39,172 bases of DNA from Alphaproteobacteria bacterium (GCA_963582805.1 CAUZTZ010000003.1:1-39172); one strand, 5' to 3'. Positions 1 through 9,387 are shown, counted from the first letter of the stretch. Made by a program: numbers and translations. Notes: generated by a model not told the origin, from the letters alone.

Positions 1-64
1 AGTGAGTAATCTTTGCATATGGAGAGACTTTCGTTGATCTGAGAATCTCAAAATATGAATCACT

Positions 65-313
65 TCAGGTGTTTATCCCGTTAAGTCGGGTACTGTGATT
101 GTCGCCTAGAGAATAATAATCGAAATCTCTGACATCGCATTCGCTTATTGGCCAACCGATGGCAAGAGGGTGCCCACGGTTTGAATTTTCTCGGATTGAA
201 TCGCAGGCCCATTTGTCTTTTTCGATTAGGGCCATGTGTTCAAAGCCGGCGAGTTCGAGACCCATCGCCAAGCCTCCGGCGCCCGTAAACAACTCGACCG
301 ATCTTAGACTCAT
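65..313 (-). pseudogene. dcm: Truncated DNA (cytosine-5)-methyltransferase, N-terminal fragment only
   Basis: SVELFTGAGGLAMGLELAGF is C5-MTase motif I (FxGxGG), followed by motif II-III-like IEKDKWACDS and CDVRDFD. The frame ends after 82 aa, just before the expected catalytic GGPPCQ, which I cannot find in the remaining bases 1-100. Directly downstream of vsr. Confidence 0.8.
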
Positions 314-333
314 AATTTTACTCTTTCCCTCAG

Positions 334-762
334 TTAGGAAATAAATTTTTTAATACGGCCCGAAAGGGTCTCAATATTCTTCGTCTGGCATTCCCAAATT
401 ATCATCACGCTCCAACCCTGTGCCCTCAGCTTTGACTGATTTCTTAAATCGCGCTTTCTGTTTCCCTCAAGTTTTGGAATCCAAAATTCCAGCCTCGATT
501 TTGGCAAGCGGGCTAGAACGCATCCAGAGTGCCGATGCCAAAAACAACCATGTATAAATATGGTCTTCTTCTTTTTCCTAAATACTATATCTGGGCTTCC
601 AGGTAAATCGCGAGCATGTAACCGATATCTAAATCCCAATCGGTGGATAAAACGACGGACTTTTAATTCCGGCTTCGTGTCCTTGCTTCGAACGCGAGAC
701 ATGCGCTCGCTTCTTTCAGAGGGGCTTAGGGTGTCCGGCATAAATGAAGCTTCATTGTTCAA
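334..762 (-). CDS. vsr: Very short patch repair endonuclease Vsr
   Basis: DTLSPSERSERMSRVRSKDTKPEL, DLPGSPDIVF, FIHGCFWHRH and GWSVMIIWEC are typical Vsr motifs. The real start may be the later Met (MPDTLS). Confidence 0.93.
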   Translation of the reverse strand: MNNEASFMPDTLSPSERSERMSRVRSKDTKPELKVRRFIHRLGFRYRLHARDLPGSPDIVFRKKKKTIFIHGCFWHRHSGCVLARLPKSRLEFWIPKLEGNRKRDLRNQSKLRAQGWSVMIIWECQTKNIETLSGRIKKFIS

Positions 763-853
763 TTCTCAATCCTTGGAATTAAACCGCGATATTGGAGCGA
801 TGATAAGGAAAAATTTGGTTTTAATTTTGGGAGGGAAGGTCGCCTCGGTCCTG

Positions 854-1630
854 TCACCTGGTTGCCGGAATCTCGACCTTGATTTCGACGCGGCGGTTTT
901 GTGCGCGGCCGTCGGCCGTGTCATTGGCGGAGATCGGGCGGGTGTCGGCATAGCCAACGGCGGAAACGCGCCCCCGGTTCAGGTTCGGATGGCGCAAGAG
1001 CCGGTGAACCACCGAGACAGCGCGGGCCGACGATAAATCCCAATTGGACCGGAAACGGCTGGTCGAAATGGGCCGATCGTCGGTATGGCCGGAAATGAAA
1101 ATTTCACCGCTGGTGCGCGCCAAGACGTCGGCGATGCGGTCCAAGGTCGTGCCGATAGCGCCGACCAGATCGGAGTTGCCGAGGGCAAAGGTGGTGCGGG
1201 CGGGAAAGCGGAGGATGATAAAGCGGTCCTTGATATCCAGTTCGACGACGCCGGCGCGCAGCTCTTCGTCGAGGGCGGCGCGCACCTGGGCGCTCAGCTT
1301 ACCGCGCTGCACGGTGCGCAAATAGCTGGCCTCGTTTTCCGACGGCGCTTCGTTTTCCCTCTCCAGCTTTGGCTGGACAGGTTTCGAGGCGCTGGAGGCG
1401 CTTTCCTTGGAGCGGGTAAAAATCGGCGGCGGCTGGTTGAAAGCCTCGGCCATGGGCCCGGCATTGCGCCGGAAGCTGTCGCTGTCGATTTCGGAAAACG
1501 AGATGATGAGCACGAACAGGGCGAACAGCAAGGCCATCAAATCGGCGAATGTGACCAGCCAGACCGGCGCGCCCTTGGGCCGCCTTTTGCGCTTGCCGCC
1601 GATCTCGATGCCGGCGGTCGCAACGGCCAT
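854..1630 (-). CDS. motB: Flagellar stator B subunit, MotB/PomB-like, with OmpA-type peptidoglycan-binding domain
   Basis: WLVTFADLMALLFALFVLIISFS transmembrane segment with the conserved Asp; C-terminal GHTDD, NWDLSSARA and NRRVEI OmpA motifs. Confidence 0.92.
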   Translation of the reverse strand: MAVATAGIEIGGKRKRRPKGAPVWLVTFADLMALLFALFVLIISFSEIDSDSFRRNAGPMAEAFNQPPPIFTRSKESASSASKPVQPKLERENEAPSENEASYLRTVQRGKLSAQVRAALDEELRAGVVELDIKDRFIILRFPARTTFALGNSDLVGAIGTTLDRIADVLARTSGEIFISGHTDDRPISTSRFRSNWDLSSARAVSVVHRLLRHPNLNRGRVSAVGYADTRPISANDTADGRAQNRRVEIKVEIPATR

Positions 1631-1631
1631 G

Positions 1632-2453
1632 TCAGGCCGCCTTCCTTAAGGAAGCCTGCCCGCCGCCCGATTTGCCGCCGCCGGAGTAGGAATCGCCGCC
1701 GCCTGCGCCGCGCTGTTTTTCGGGCAGGTACGGCTCCAGAATTTCGCGCAGCGCCGTCGGGTTTTGCAGTTGCTGAATTTGAAACACGCATTCGATGATC
1801 AAGGAACGCAGCATTTTTTCGCGCCCAGCCTTGTCTTCCAGTTTGTCGGCGATGGGCAGCGCGATCAGGTTGGCCAGCAAAACCCCATAGAGCGTGGTCA
1901 GGAGCGCCACCGCCATGGCTGGCCCGATGGACGACGGATCGCTCATATTGCTGAGCATTTGCACCAGCCCAACCAGGGTACCGAACATGCCGAAGGCCGG
2001 CGCCGCTTCGCCGATCGCCTGGAAAACTCTGGCGCCCACCTCTTCGCGCTGGATGGAATGGGCCATCTCCTGGGTCAGGACTTTGCGGATGTAATCGAGA
2101 TCGCGCCCGTCGGCGCAAAGCTGGATGCCTTTTTTGAAAAACGGATTGCGGATTTTTTCGTTTTCCAGGGAGATCAATCCCGACTTGCGCCCTTTTTTGA
2201 CCAGTTTGATGGCCAGCTTGATGTAATCGCGGGGCTGATCGCTATCGTTGGTGAAGGCGGCCTTTATGCCCACCGGCATGGAGATGAAAAATCCCGACAG
2301 GGGGAACTTGATCATGGTCGCGGCAAAGGTGCCGCCGATGACGATCAGAAATCCGGGCGTGTTGAGAAAGATCGAAAAATCCGATCCGGTCGCAATCGCC
2401 AGGGTTACAACGGTGATGCCGACCGCCAGGCCGGCCAGGGTAGCAAAATCCAC
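1632..2453 (-). CDS. motA: Flagellar stator A subunit, MotA/PomA-like
   Basis: DFATLAGL N-terminus, APAFGMFGTLVGLVQML and IGPAMAVALLTTLYG motifs. GTG start at 2453 preceded by GGAG; stop lies 1 nt before the motB start. Confidence 0.92.
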   Translation of the reverse strand: MDFATLAGLAVGITVVTLAIATGSDFSIFLNTPGFLIVIGGTFAATMIKFPLSGFFISMPVGIKAAFTNDSDQPRDYIKLAIKLVKKGRKSGLISLENEKIRNPFFKKGIQLCADGRDLDYIRKVLTQEMAHSIQREEVGARVFQAIGEAAPAFGMFGTLVGLVQMLSNMSDPSSIGPAMAVALLTTLYGVLLANLIALPIADKLEDKAGREKMLRSLIIECVFQIQQLQNPTALREILEPYLPEKQRGAGGGDSYSGGGKSGGGQASLRKAA

Positions 2454-2667
2454 GTGTTTGGTTCTCCATCGACCCGGATTTTCCGGGCTCGCAGCCATTT
2501 TGGCGCCGCCGCGGCCAATTTTCAACCACGACTGCTTACCTTAAGATAGTGACTATAAACCGAATTCCAACGAAATTCGCCGTGATTATTGTCACACACT
2601 GCTTGGAATTGGGTCTCGACAGGCCGATTTCGTTCGGTTAGGTACACTCAGAAATTGGCGGGATGCG

Positions 2668-3153
2668 ATGAAATATTTAAATACCTTTGTTTATATTGCC
2701 CTGGTTGTGCTGGTGAACTGGGCGTTCACGGTGGTTCCTCTGGTCAAGCTGCCGGGCGGCACCATGTGGCCGCCGGTGGCGCTGCTGGTGGGTTTCGTGT
2801 TCGTTGCCCGCGATTTCGCCCAGCGCGAGATCGGCCATTATGTGCTGGTCGCCATGGCCATTGGTGTCGGAATCAGCTACGTCTTTGACCCGAAGGTGGC
2901 CGTCGCCAGCGCCGCCGCGTTTCTGATCAGCGAGCTGGCCGATTGGGCGGTCTATTCGTTCACCCGCCGGCCCCTGTCTGAGCGCATCCTCTATTCCTCC
3001 ATCATCGGCACGCCCATCGACAGCGTTGTGTTCCTCGGCATGATCGGATTTTTGTCGCTAGCGGGCGCGGTGGCGATGACCGCCAGCAAACTTTTGGGCG
3101 CGCTGATCGTCTGGTGGCTGATCCGCCGCCGCGAAGTGGCGCTGCCCGCCTAG
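2668..3153 (+). CDS. VUT-family (YhhQ/QPTR-related) membrane transporter, possible queuosine-precursor uptake
   Basis: 161-aa polytopic protein with GFVFVARDFAQ, ASAAAFLISELADWAVY and SSIIGTPIDSVVFL, which resemble the vitamin-uptake-transporter family. Confidence 0.75.
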   Translation: MKYLNTFVYIALVVLVNWAFTVVPLVKLPGGTMWPPVALLVGFVFVARDFAQREIGHYVLVAMAIGVGISYVFDPKVAVASAAAFLISELADWAVYSFTRRPLSERILYSSIIGTPIDSVVFLGMIGFLSLAGAVAMTASKLLGALIVWWLIRRREVALPA

Positions 3154-3440
3154 AGCGGTTCCGGACAGATAGGAACCATTTGACCGGGATGATTTTGCCA
3201 TCACTTTTGTCCCAAGTGCGCTAGGAGCGCAACCCATGGCGATGCATTGGCATTGGCATCGGCAAAGGCGTGCGACGACGTCCACGCATCGAAAGCACCC
3301 GGCCTTCGGTGGGTCAAATCGGCTCTCCGGTGGCGTTGCGGCCCTTGCCCGATGCAAAGGCATCGCGCGGCGCACCGCGCCTACCCGGAAAACTGATTTG
3401 TTCCCATCAAATTGCTTCCTATCTGTCCGGAACCGCTCTG
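3151..3440. mobile_element. MITE-like ~290-bp element with 24-bp perfect terminal inverted repeats
   Basis: AGAGCGGTTCCGGACAGATAGGAA (3152-3175) is the exact reverse complement of 3416-3439 and extends imperfectly to ~33 bp. There are further internal inverted segments and no credible ORF. Confidence 0.75.
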
Positions 3441-3510
3441 GATCTGCCCCGATAGCATTCCGCCGAGGTTTCGGATACAATTTTCCCCAGCGTTTTTGGG
3501 GAGGCCTGTC

Positions 3511-4794
3511 ATGCTATCCAAGCAACAAAACGATCTCGTAACCCGGACCGGGCCGGGCACGCCGGGCGGCGATTTGTTGCGCTCCTATTGGCAGCCCATT
3601 GCCACGTCGGAGGAAATGCCCATCGGCGGCGATCCCATGCTGATCAAAATTCTGTCCGAGGAGCTGGTGTTGTTTCGCGATGACAAGGACCGGCTTGGCC
3701 TCACCGGCCTCCATTGCCCGCATCGGGGCGCCGATCTCTCCTATGGCCGCATCGAAGACGGCGGCATTCGCTGCCTCTATCACGGCTGGCTGTTCGATAT
3801 CGAAGGCAACTGCCTGGATCAACCGGCCGAGCCCGAGGACAAAAAATTCTGCCAGAAAGTGCGCCACACCTCCTATCCGGTTAAAGACAAAGGCGGCGTC
3901 ATTTGGTGCTATATGGGCGAGGGCGCCGCGCCGCTGATCCCCGATTTCCAATTCATGACTGCTCCCAAAGAAAACCGCATGGCCTTCCGGGTGGTGCAGA
4001 AATGCAATTGGCTGCAAGGGCTCGAAAGCTCCACCGATCCGGCCCACGTATCCTATCTGCACCGGCTCTCGGCCCCGGAGGCGAATTCAAACAGTTACGA
4101 TTCGCGCGGCGACAACCGTTTTTTCAGCGACGATCTCTATCCCCGCCTGCAGATCGAGCGCACCAGTTTCGGCGTCCGCATCCACGCCTTGCGCAAAATG
4201 TCCACCGGCGAAAACTATTTGCGCGTCAACAATTACATCTACCCTTGCGGTACCACGCCGGTGGGCACCGAGGCGCCGCCGGTCAAGGGCTATCAGGGTC
4301 GCTGGTACGTGCCCTGCGATGATGAAAGCCATTGCCGGTTCGAATTTATCTACCGCCAGGCTGAGCCCCTGGACAAGGAATTCTGGGCCAAGCAGAAGGG
4401 CGATAATGTGGGCCCCGACAAGCAGCATGTAAGGCGCGCCGAAAACCGCTACTTGCAGGACCGGGATGAAATGAGGCGAGACGAAACCTTCGCCGGGCTG
4501 GGCCGTTATATCCCCGCCCATGATGCCTTTGCCATCGAAACCCAGGGCAAGATTCAAGACCGCTCTCAGGAGCATCTGGGCTCCACCGACATCGTGATTA
4601 TCGAAGTGCGCAAAGCGCTTTTGGACGCCATCAAGCAGATGCAGGCGGGCGGCGAGGCGCCGGGGCTCTTGCGCGACACCGCGCAAAACCAGTTTCCCGA
4701 TTTTATCTGCACCGCTGATTTCATCGAAGACGGCGAGGACGGGCCGGCCTATATCCGGCGCATCCTGGGCGCGTTTCCCAAAGCCGCGGAATAG
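3511..4794 (+). CDS. Rieske non-heme iron oxygenase alpha subunit (phthalate 4,5-dioxygenase/LigXa-like O-demethylase group)
   Basis: CPHRGADL...CLYHGW Rieske motif; NWLQGLESSTDPAHVSYLH mononuclear-iron motif; N-terminal MLSKQQNDLVTRTGPGTPGG typical of this group. ATG 3511 follows GGGAGG. Confidence 0.9.
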   Translation: MLSKQQNDLVTRTGPGTPGGDLLRSYWQPIATSEEMPIGGDPMLIKILSEELVLFRDDKDRLGLTGLHCPHRGADLSYGRIEDGGIRCLYHGWLFDIEGNCLDQPAEPEDKKFCQKVRHTSYPVKDKGGVIWCYMGEGAAPLIPDFQFMTAPKENRMAFRVVQKCNWLQGLESSTDPAHVSYLHRLSAPEANSNSYDSRGDNRFFSDDLYPRLQIERTSFGVRIHALRKMSTGENYLRVNNYIYPCGTTPVGTEAPPVKGYQGRWYVPCDDESHCRFEFIYRQAEPLDKEFWAKQKGDNVGPDKQHVRRAENRYLQDRDEMRRDETFAGLGRYIPAHDAFAIETQGKIQDRSQEHLGSTDIVIIEVRKALLDAIKQMQAGGEAPGLLRDTAQNQFPDFICTADFIEDGEDGPAYIRRILGAFPKAAE

Positions 4795-4805
4795 GGCCGG
4801 GGGCT

Positions 4806-6425
4806 CTAGGCCGCGCCGCGCACCTGATCGATTATGGTACCCGTATCGTCAGGCAAGCCATCGCCGCGCCAGGCCACGTGGCCGTCGGGGCGCACCAGAA
4901 CCAGTTTCCGCTCATAAAGGGCGGCGATATCGGCATCATTGCTATCGACGACGCGGAGCGGCATGCCCCGTTGATCGGCGGCTGCCTGGAACGCATCGGC
5001 GGCGGCGGCCTCGCCGGAGAAATTCATCAACACGAAGCCCTTGCCGAAGATATCGATGGTTGAAGTGTTTGCGTCGATCCAGGCGTGCGGCGCGCGGGCG
5101 CCGGGATAAGTTGTTGGTATATATTCGCCGACCGTGAGCGGCGGCGCCTCGCTGCCGTCGCCGGCGACGATGGGCGAGGTATCATAGCGGTAGCCGAGGG
5201 CGATGCCGTGCGACACGAACTGGCTGGTTTTTTCGCGCAAAATTTCCTCTTCGAGCCGGTCGCGCAATTCGGTCCCTGCCGGCGTATCGGCATCCAGCAC
5301 GTCGCCCGGAAAGGCGCAGTAATCCACCTCCCGGTTGCCGGTAGCCTGGGCGACATTGCGCTGGGCCACCGGGCGCCGCTCGGCCTGATAGCTTAGCCCC
5401 AGCCCTTCGCCGCCCCAGCCTTCGATCATGGCGGCCAGCTTCCAGCCCAGATCGACGGCGTCGCCCATGCCGGTATTCATGCCGAAGCCGCCGGCCGGCG
5501 AATGCTGGTGCACGGCGTCGCCGGCCAGGAATACCGGGCCTGCGGACCAGGTGTCGGCGACGATCGAGCGGCAGGTCCAGGGCAGGGTCGAGATCAACTC
5601 ATACGGTACATCCGCGCCGATCAATTTTTTCAATATGGCGTGCACATCGACGGTGTCGGCGGACAGCGGTCCGGTGTCCGACGTCAGCCCCATGCGCCAC
5701 AATTCCTTGCCATCCAGCTCGATAAAGCTGTTGGCGCCGGTGGCGTCGCCAGTCATGAAATAAAAGGCGACGTTGGGCTTGTCGTGATGCTTCCACAGCT
5801 CCGGAATTTTGATGAAGCAGTTGAGGTTGTAGGAGATCACCTGAACCCCTTCCATCACCGAGCCGATGGCCGCCGGTACCGAAGAATTGCCGGCGCAGCA
5901 GGCGACCAGATAGCGGGCCTCGATCTGGCTTGTGTCGCCGGATTTCAAATCACGAACGGTGGCCGTAACGCCGCCGTCACTTGTGCGCTCAAAACTTTCG
6001 AATTGGGTTCCGTAGGCCAGTGTCACTTCGTCGAAGCCGGCCGCCAGCTCGCGGATCACCGGATCGAAAAACAACTGGTTGCAGCGTTGCGAGCGTTCCG
6101 GCGTGGTCGGCAACGGCTTGGCGCTGCCATAATCGGGGCGCTCGATATGGGCGATGGTGCGCCCCTGAAGGCCGGTCACATACAATATGTCCTGGGAAAA
6201 CTCCGGCGGCGCGCCGGCGTCCTGCACCGCGCCGGCGACGCCCCAACGGCGGCAGAACTCCATGGTGCGCGAATTCACCGTGTTGGCGCGGGGGTGAAAT
6301 ATGGTTCCATCCGTGCGCTCCACCAGCATGCATTCGATGCCGCGCCAGCCCAAGTCGCTGGCCAGGCCAAGGCCGACCGGCCCGCCACCGACAATCAAAA
6401 CCGGAACTTTGCGAACATTGCTCAT
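4806..6425 (-). CDS. FAD-dependent monooxygenase (PheA/TfdB-like, group A) with C-terminal thioredoxin-like domain
   Basis: VLIVGGGPVGL Rossmann motif, VFLAGDAVH...GGFGMNTG GD motif, PGARAPHAW and LVRPDGHVAWRG C-terminal motifs. Confidence 0.88.
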   Translation of the reverse strand: MSNVRKVPVLIVGGGPVGLGLASDLGWRGIECMLVERTDGTIFHPRANTVNSRTMEFCRRWGVAGAVQDAGAPPEFSQDILYVTGLQGRTIAHIERPDYGSAKPLPTTPERSQRCNQLFFDPVIRELAAGFDEVTLAYGTQFESFERTSDGGVTATVRDLKSGDTSQIEARYLVACCAGNSSVPAAIGSVMEGVQVISYNLNCFIKIPELWKHHDKPNVAFYFMTGDATGANSFIELDGKELWRMGLTSDTGPLSADTVDVHAILKKLIGADVPYELISTLPWTCRSIVADTWSAGPVFLAGDAVHQHSPAGGFGMNTGMGDAVDLGWKLAAMIEGWGGEGLGLSYQAERRPVAQRNVAQATGNREVDYCAFPGDVLDADTPAGTELRDRLEEEILREKTSQFVSHGIALGYRYDTSPIVAGDGSEAPPLTVGEYIPTTYPGARAPHAWIDANTSTIDIFGKGFVLMNFSGEAAAADAFQAAADQRGMPLRVVDSNDADIAALYERKLVLVRPDGHVAWRGDGLPDDTGTIIDQVRGAA

Positions 6426-6427
6426 AG

Positions 6428-7342
6428 TCAAAACGCCTCGTTCAGCCGCTGCATCTGATCGGCGTTAAGCCCGATTTCAATGGCGCGCGCATTGTCTTCG
6501 AGATGATGCGATTGCCTGGAGCCGGGGATCGGGATCACGTCGTGGGCGCCGCACATGGTCCAGGCGAGGGCAATCTGGCCGGCGGTTGCGCCGGCCTCGG
6601 CGGCGATGGCTTTCACGGTTTCGACACGGGCCAGATTGGCGGCGATATGTTCGTTCTGGAAGCGGGGCATGCCGCGCCGGTAATAATCGTCGCCCGGCAG
6701 TTGCTCGATATCGGTCACCTCGCCGCCGAGCAGCGAAAAGCTCAACGGGCCGTAGGCAACGAAGGTGATGCCCAGCTCTTTGCAGGTGGGCAGAATTTCG
6801 GTTTCCTGGCCGCGCTCGATCAAGGAATATTCCATCTGCACGGCGGCCAGCGGATAAACGCTGTGGGCGCGCCGGATTTGCTCCGCCGTGGCGTTCGATA
6901 TGGCCAATGCGCCGACCTTGCCGGCCGTCACCAGCTCCACCATGGCGCCCCAGGTTTCCTCGATCGGCAAATCGGGATCGATGCGGTGCTGGTAATAGAG
7001 ATCGATATGATCGAGCCCCAGCCGCGCCAGGCTGGCATCGCACGCCTCGCGCACATAGTCCGGCGTGCCGACGAAATGCATTTTGCCGTCATCGCCGCGC
7101 ACGAAGCCGAATTTAGAGGCGATCACCGCCTCGTCCCGGCGCCCCTTCAAGGCCTTGCCGAGAAAAATCTCGCCGGCGCCGAAGCCGTACATATCGGCGC
7201 TGTCAAAATGGTTGATGCCGAGATCGAGGGCCTTTTGGATCGAGGCCAGGGCAACCGCGTCGCCTTCTTCCAGATGGCGATTACAGCCAAGCCCGATGGG
7301 CGCCACCATCAAATCCGAATTTCCAAGTTTTTTGTAGTCCAC
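6428..7342 (-). CDS. Aldo/keto reductase
   Basis: IGLGC, GINHFDSADMYG, IASKFG, IDLYYQHRID, QMEYSL and IPIPG motifs. GTG at 7342 with GAGGA RBS; the longer ORF-track N-terminus is antisense to the FMN reductase. Confidence 0.9.
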   Translation of the reverse strand: MDYKKLGNSDLMVAPIGLGCNRHLEEGDAVALASIQKALDLGINHFDSADMYGFGAGEIFLGKALKGRRDEAVIASKFGFVRGDDGKMHFVGTPDYVREACDASLARLGLDHIDLYYQHRIDPDLPIEETWGAMVELVTAGKVGALAISNATAEQIRRAHSVYPLAAVQMEYSLIERGQETEILPTCKELGITFVAYGPLSFSLLGGEVTDIEQLPGDDYYRRGMPRFQNEHIAANLARVETVKAIAAEAGATAGQIALAWTMCGAHDVIPIPGSRQSHHLEDNARAIEIGLNADQMQRLNEAF

Positions 7343-7468
7343 GTTTTTCCTCCCCATATATTTTAAGTGCACTTTCATCGCCCAGCCCGCCGCCGTCAAT
7401 CTGTTTTGACGGCACGCCCCGCAACCGATAGCTTGAGCTTTGAGGCAAATAATACCGGGGACAGCGTA

Positions 7469-7957
7469 ATGAATATGGTGGTGGTGGTCGGCAACCCGAA
7501 ACCGCAATCGCGAACCATGGAGGCCGCAATTCTGGCGGCAAAGGGCCTCACCGGGGAAGAGCCGGACCTGGTACTTGATCTGGCCGATCTCGGTCCTGGT
7601 CTCCTGGAATGGGGCAACAAGGATGTCGAAGCGGCGGTGGCCTCGGTTTCCGGCGCCGATGCCGTGGTCTTCGCCAGTCCCACCTACAAGGCAACCTATA
7701 CCGGATTGCTGAAACTGTTCCTGGACCAGATACCCTATGACGGGCTGGCCGGCGTCATTGGTCTGCCGCTGATGCTGGGCGCCGCGCCGAACCACGCGCT
7801 GGCGCCGGAGTTCACGTTAAAGCCGGTGCTGGTCGAGCTGGGCGCCATTTGCCCGGCGCCGGGCCTTTATTTGCTCGACAGCAATTATGCCGAGGACCCG
7901 GCCCTCAATAGCTGGATCGAACGCACGCAGCCGCTCTTGCGGGCGATTGCAAGTTAG
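7469..7957 (+). CDS. NAD(P)H-dependent FMN reductase (SsuE/MsuE-like)
   Basis: VVVGNPKPQSRT, FASPTYKATYTGLLKLFLD and HALAPE..LKPVLVELGA motifs; lies immediately upstream of a two-component monooxygenase gene. Confidence 0.9.
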   Translation: MNMVVVVGNPKPQSRTMEAAILAAKGLTGEEPDLVLDLADLGPGLLEWGNKDVEAAVASVSGADAVVFASPTYKATYTGLLKLFLDQIPYDGLAGVIGLPLMLGAAPNHALAPEFTLKPVLVELGAICPAPGLYLLDSNYAEDPALNSWIERTQPLLRAIAS

Positions 7958-8022
7958 GCCGGGCGCCGGTATCATATATCCATATTTAAGTTAAGGTTTT
8001 ATCGCGTTTTAGGAGAATTTGA

Positions 8023-9387
8023 ATGGGCGCACGTAATGGAAAAATGAACCTGGCGGCCTATTACAACCCGACCGGTCACCATGTTGCGTCGTGGCGCCAT
8101 CCGCGCGCCGAGAAAGATGCCCATATCAATATCAAACATTATGTCGAGATCGCACAGACGGCGGAGCGCGCCAAGTTTGATCTATTGTTCCTGGCCGACG
8201 GCAACGCCGTCCGCAGAGCCCATATCGATGCGATCAGCCGTTCCACCCAGTTCGTCGCCCATTTCGAGCCGCTGACCTTGCTGTCGGCCCTGGCCATGGT
8301 GACCGAGCATATCGGCTTGGTCGCCACCGCCTCTTCAAGCTGGAACGCGCCCTACCATATCGCCCGCAAATTCGCCTCGTTGGATCACATCTCGGGCGGT
8401 CGCGCCGCCTGGAACGTGGTCACGTCCGGCAACGACGCCGAATCGCAGAATTTCGGCATCGATCACGCCTACGCCCACGCCGACCGCTATGACCGCGCCC
8501 ACGAGGTGGTGGACATCGTCAAGGGCCTTTGGGACTCCTTCGACGACGATGCCTTCGTCCGCGACGCCGAAAGCGGCCTGTTCTTTGAGCCCGATGCCAT
8601 GCACGAGCTGAACCATAAGAGCGAACGCTACTCGGTGAAGGGCCCGCTCAACGTGCCGCGCCCCATCCAGGGCTATCCGGTGATCATCCAGGCGGGCGCC
8701 TCGGACGCCGGCAAGGAGCTGGCCGGGGCCACCGCCGAGGCCATCTTCAGCCCGCATCTGAACTTCGAATCGGCCAAGACCTATTACGATGACGTCAAGG
8801 CGCGCGTGGCAACCTATGGCCGCAATCCGGACCATTGCAAAATCCTGCCCGGTATTTCGATCCATGTGCGCCCCACCGAAGCCGAAGCAAAAGAAGACTT
8901 CGATTTTATCCAGTCGCTGATCCATCCCATCGTCGGGCGCGAGATGCTGGCAACGATGCTGGGCGTCGATCTGTCCGGGTTCGATCTGGACAAGCCTTTG
9001 CCCGATCCCCTGCCTGAACATGGGGGCGGCAGCCGCGGCCATTATGATGAGCTGACCGCATTGGGACGCAAAACCGGCATGACCATCCGCGAATTGGGCG
9101 CCCATTCGGCGGGCGCGCGCGGCAAGAACGTGTTCGTCGGCTCGCCCGAACAGGTGGCCGATTACATGGAAGAATGGTTCCAGGGCGAAGCCTGCGACGG
9201 CTTCACCATCATGCCGCCCTATGCGCCGGGCGCTTTCGACGATTTTTGTGAACTGGTGATGCCGATTTTGAAGGATCGCGGCTTGTTCCGCACCGAATAT
9301 ACCGGCAGCACGTTGCGCGAAAATTTGGGCCTGCCGCGCCCGGAAAGCCGCTACGCCAAGAAAAGCGGATCGGCGGCGGCGGAGTAG
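8023..9387 (+). CDS. FMNH2-dependent monooxygenase, NtaA/DszA/SnaA subfamily (luciferase-like)
   Basis: AQTAERAKFDLLFLAD, FEPLTLLSALA, FASLDHISGGRAAWNVVTS, IIQAGAS and GLFRTEYTGSTLRENLGL motifs; AGGAG RBS. Confidence 0.93.
   Translation: MGARNGKMNLAAYYNPTGHHVASWRHPRAEKDAHINIKHYVEIAQTAERAKFDLLFLADGNAVRRAHIDAISRSTQFVAHFEPLTLLSALAMVTEHIGLVATASSSWNAPYHIARKFASLDHISGGRAAWNVVTSGNDAESQNFGIDHAYAHADRYDRAHEVVDIVKGLWDSFDDDAFVRDAESGLFFEPDAMHELNHKSERYSVKGPLNVPRPIQGYPVIIQAGASDAGKELAGATAEAIFSPHLNFESAKTYYDDVKARVATYGRNPDHCKILPGISIHVRPTEAEAKEDFDFIQSLIHPIVGREMLATMLGVDLSGFDLDKPLPDPLPEHGGGSRGHYDELTALGRKTGMTIRELGAHSAGARGKNVFVGSPEQVADYMEEWFQGEACDGFTIMPPYAPGAFDDFCELVMPILKDRGLFRTEYTGSTLRENLGLPRPESRYAKKSGSAAAE

Noticed and set aside
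854-2453. MotA/MotB pair next to vsr/dcm as a Zorya defence system
   Set aside because: The A subunit is normal PomA length with no long ZorA tail, the motifs are flagellar-type, and no ZorC/D/E genes are present.
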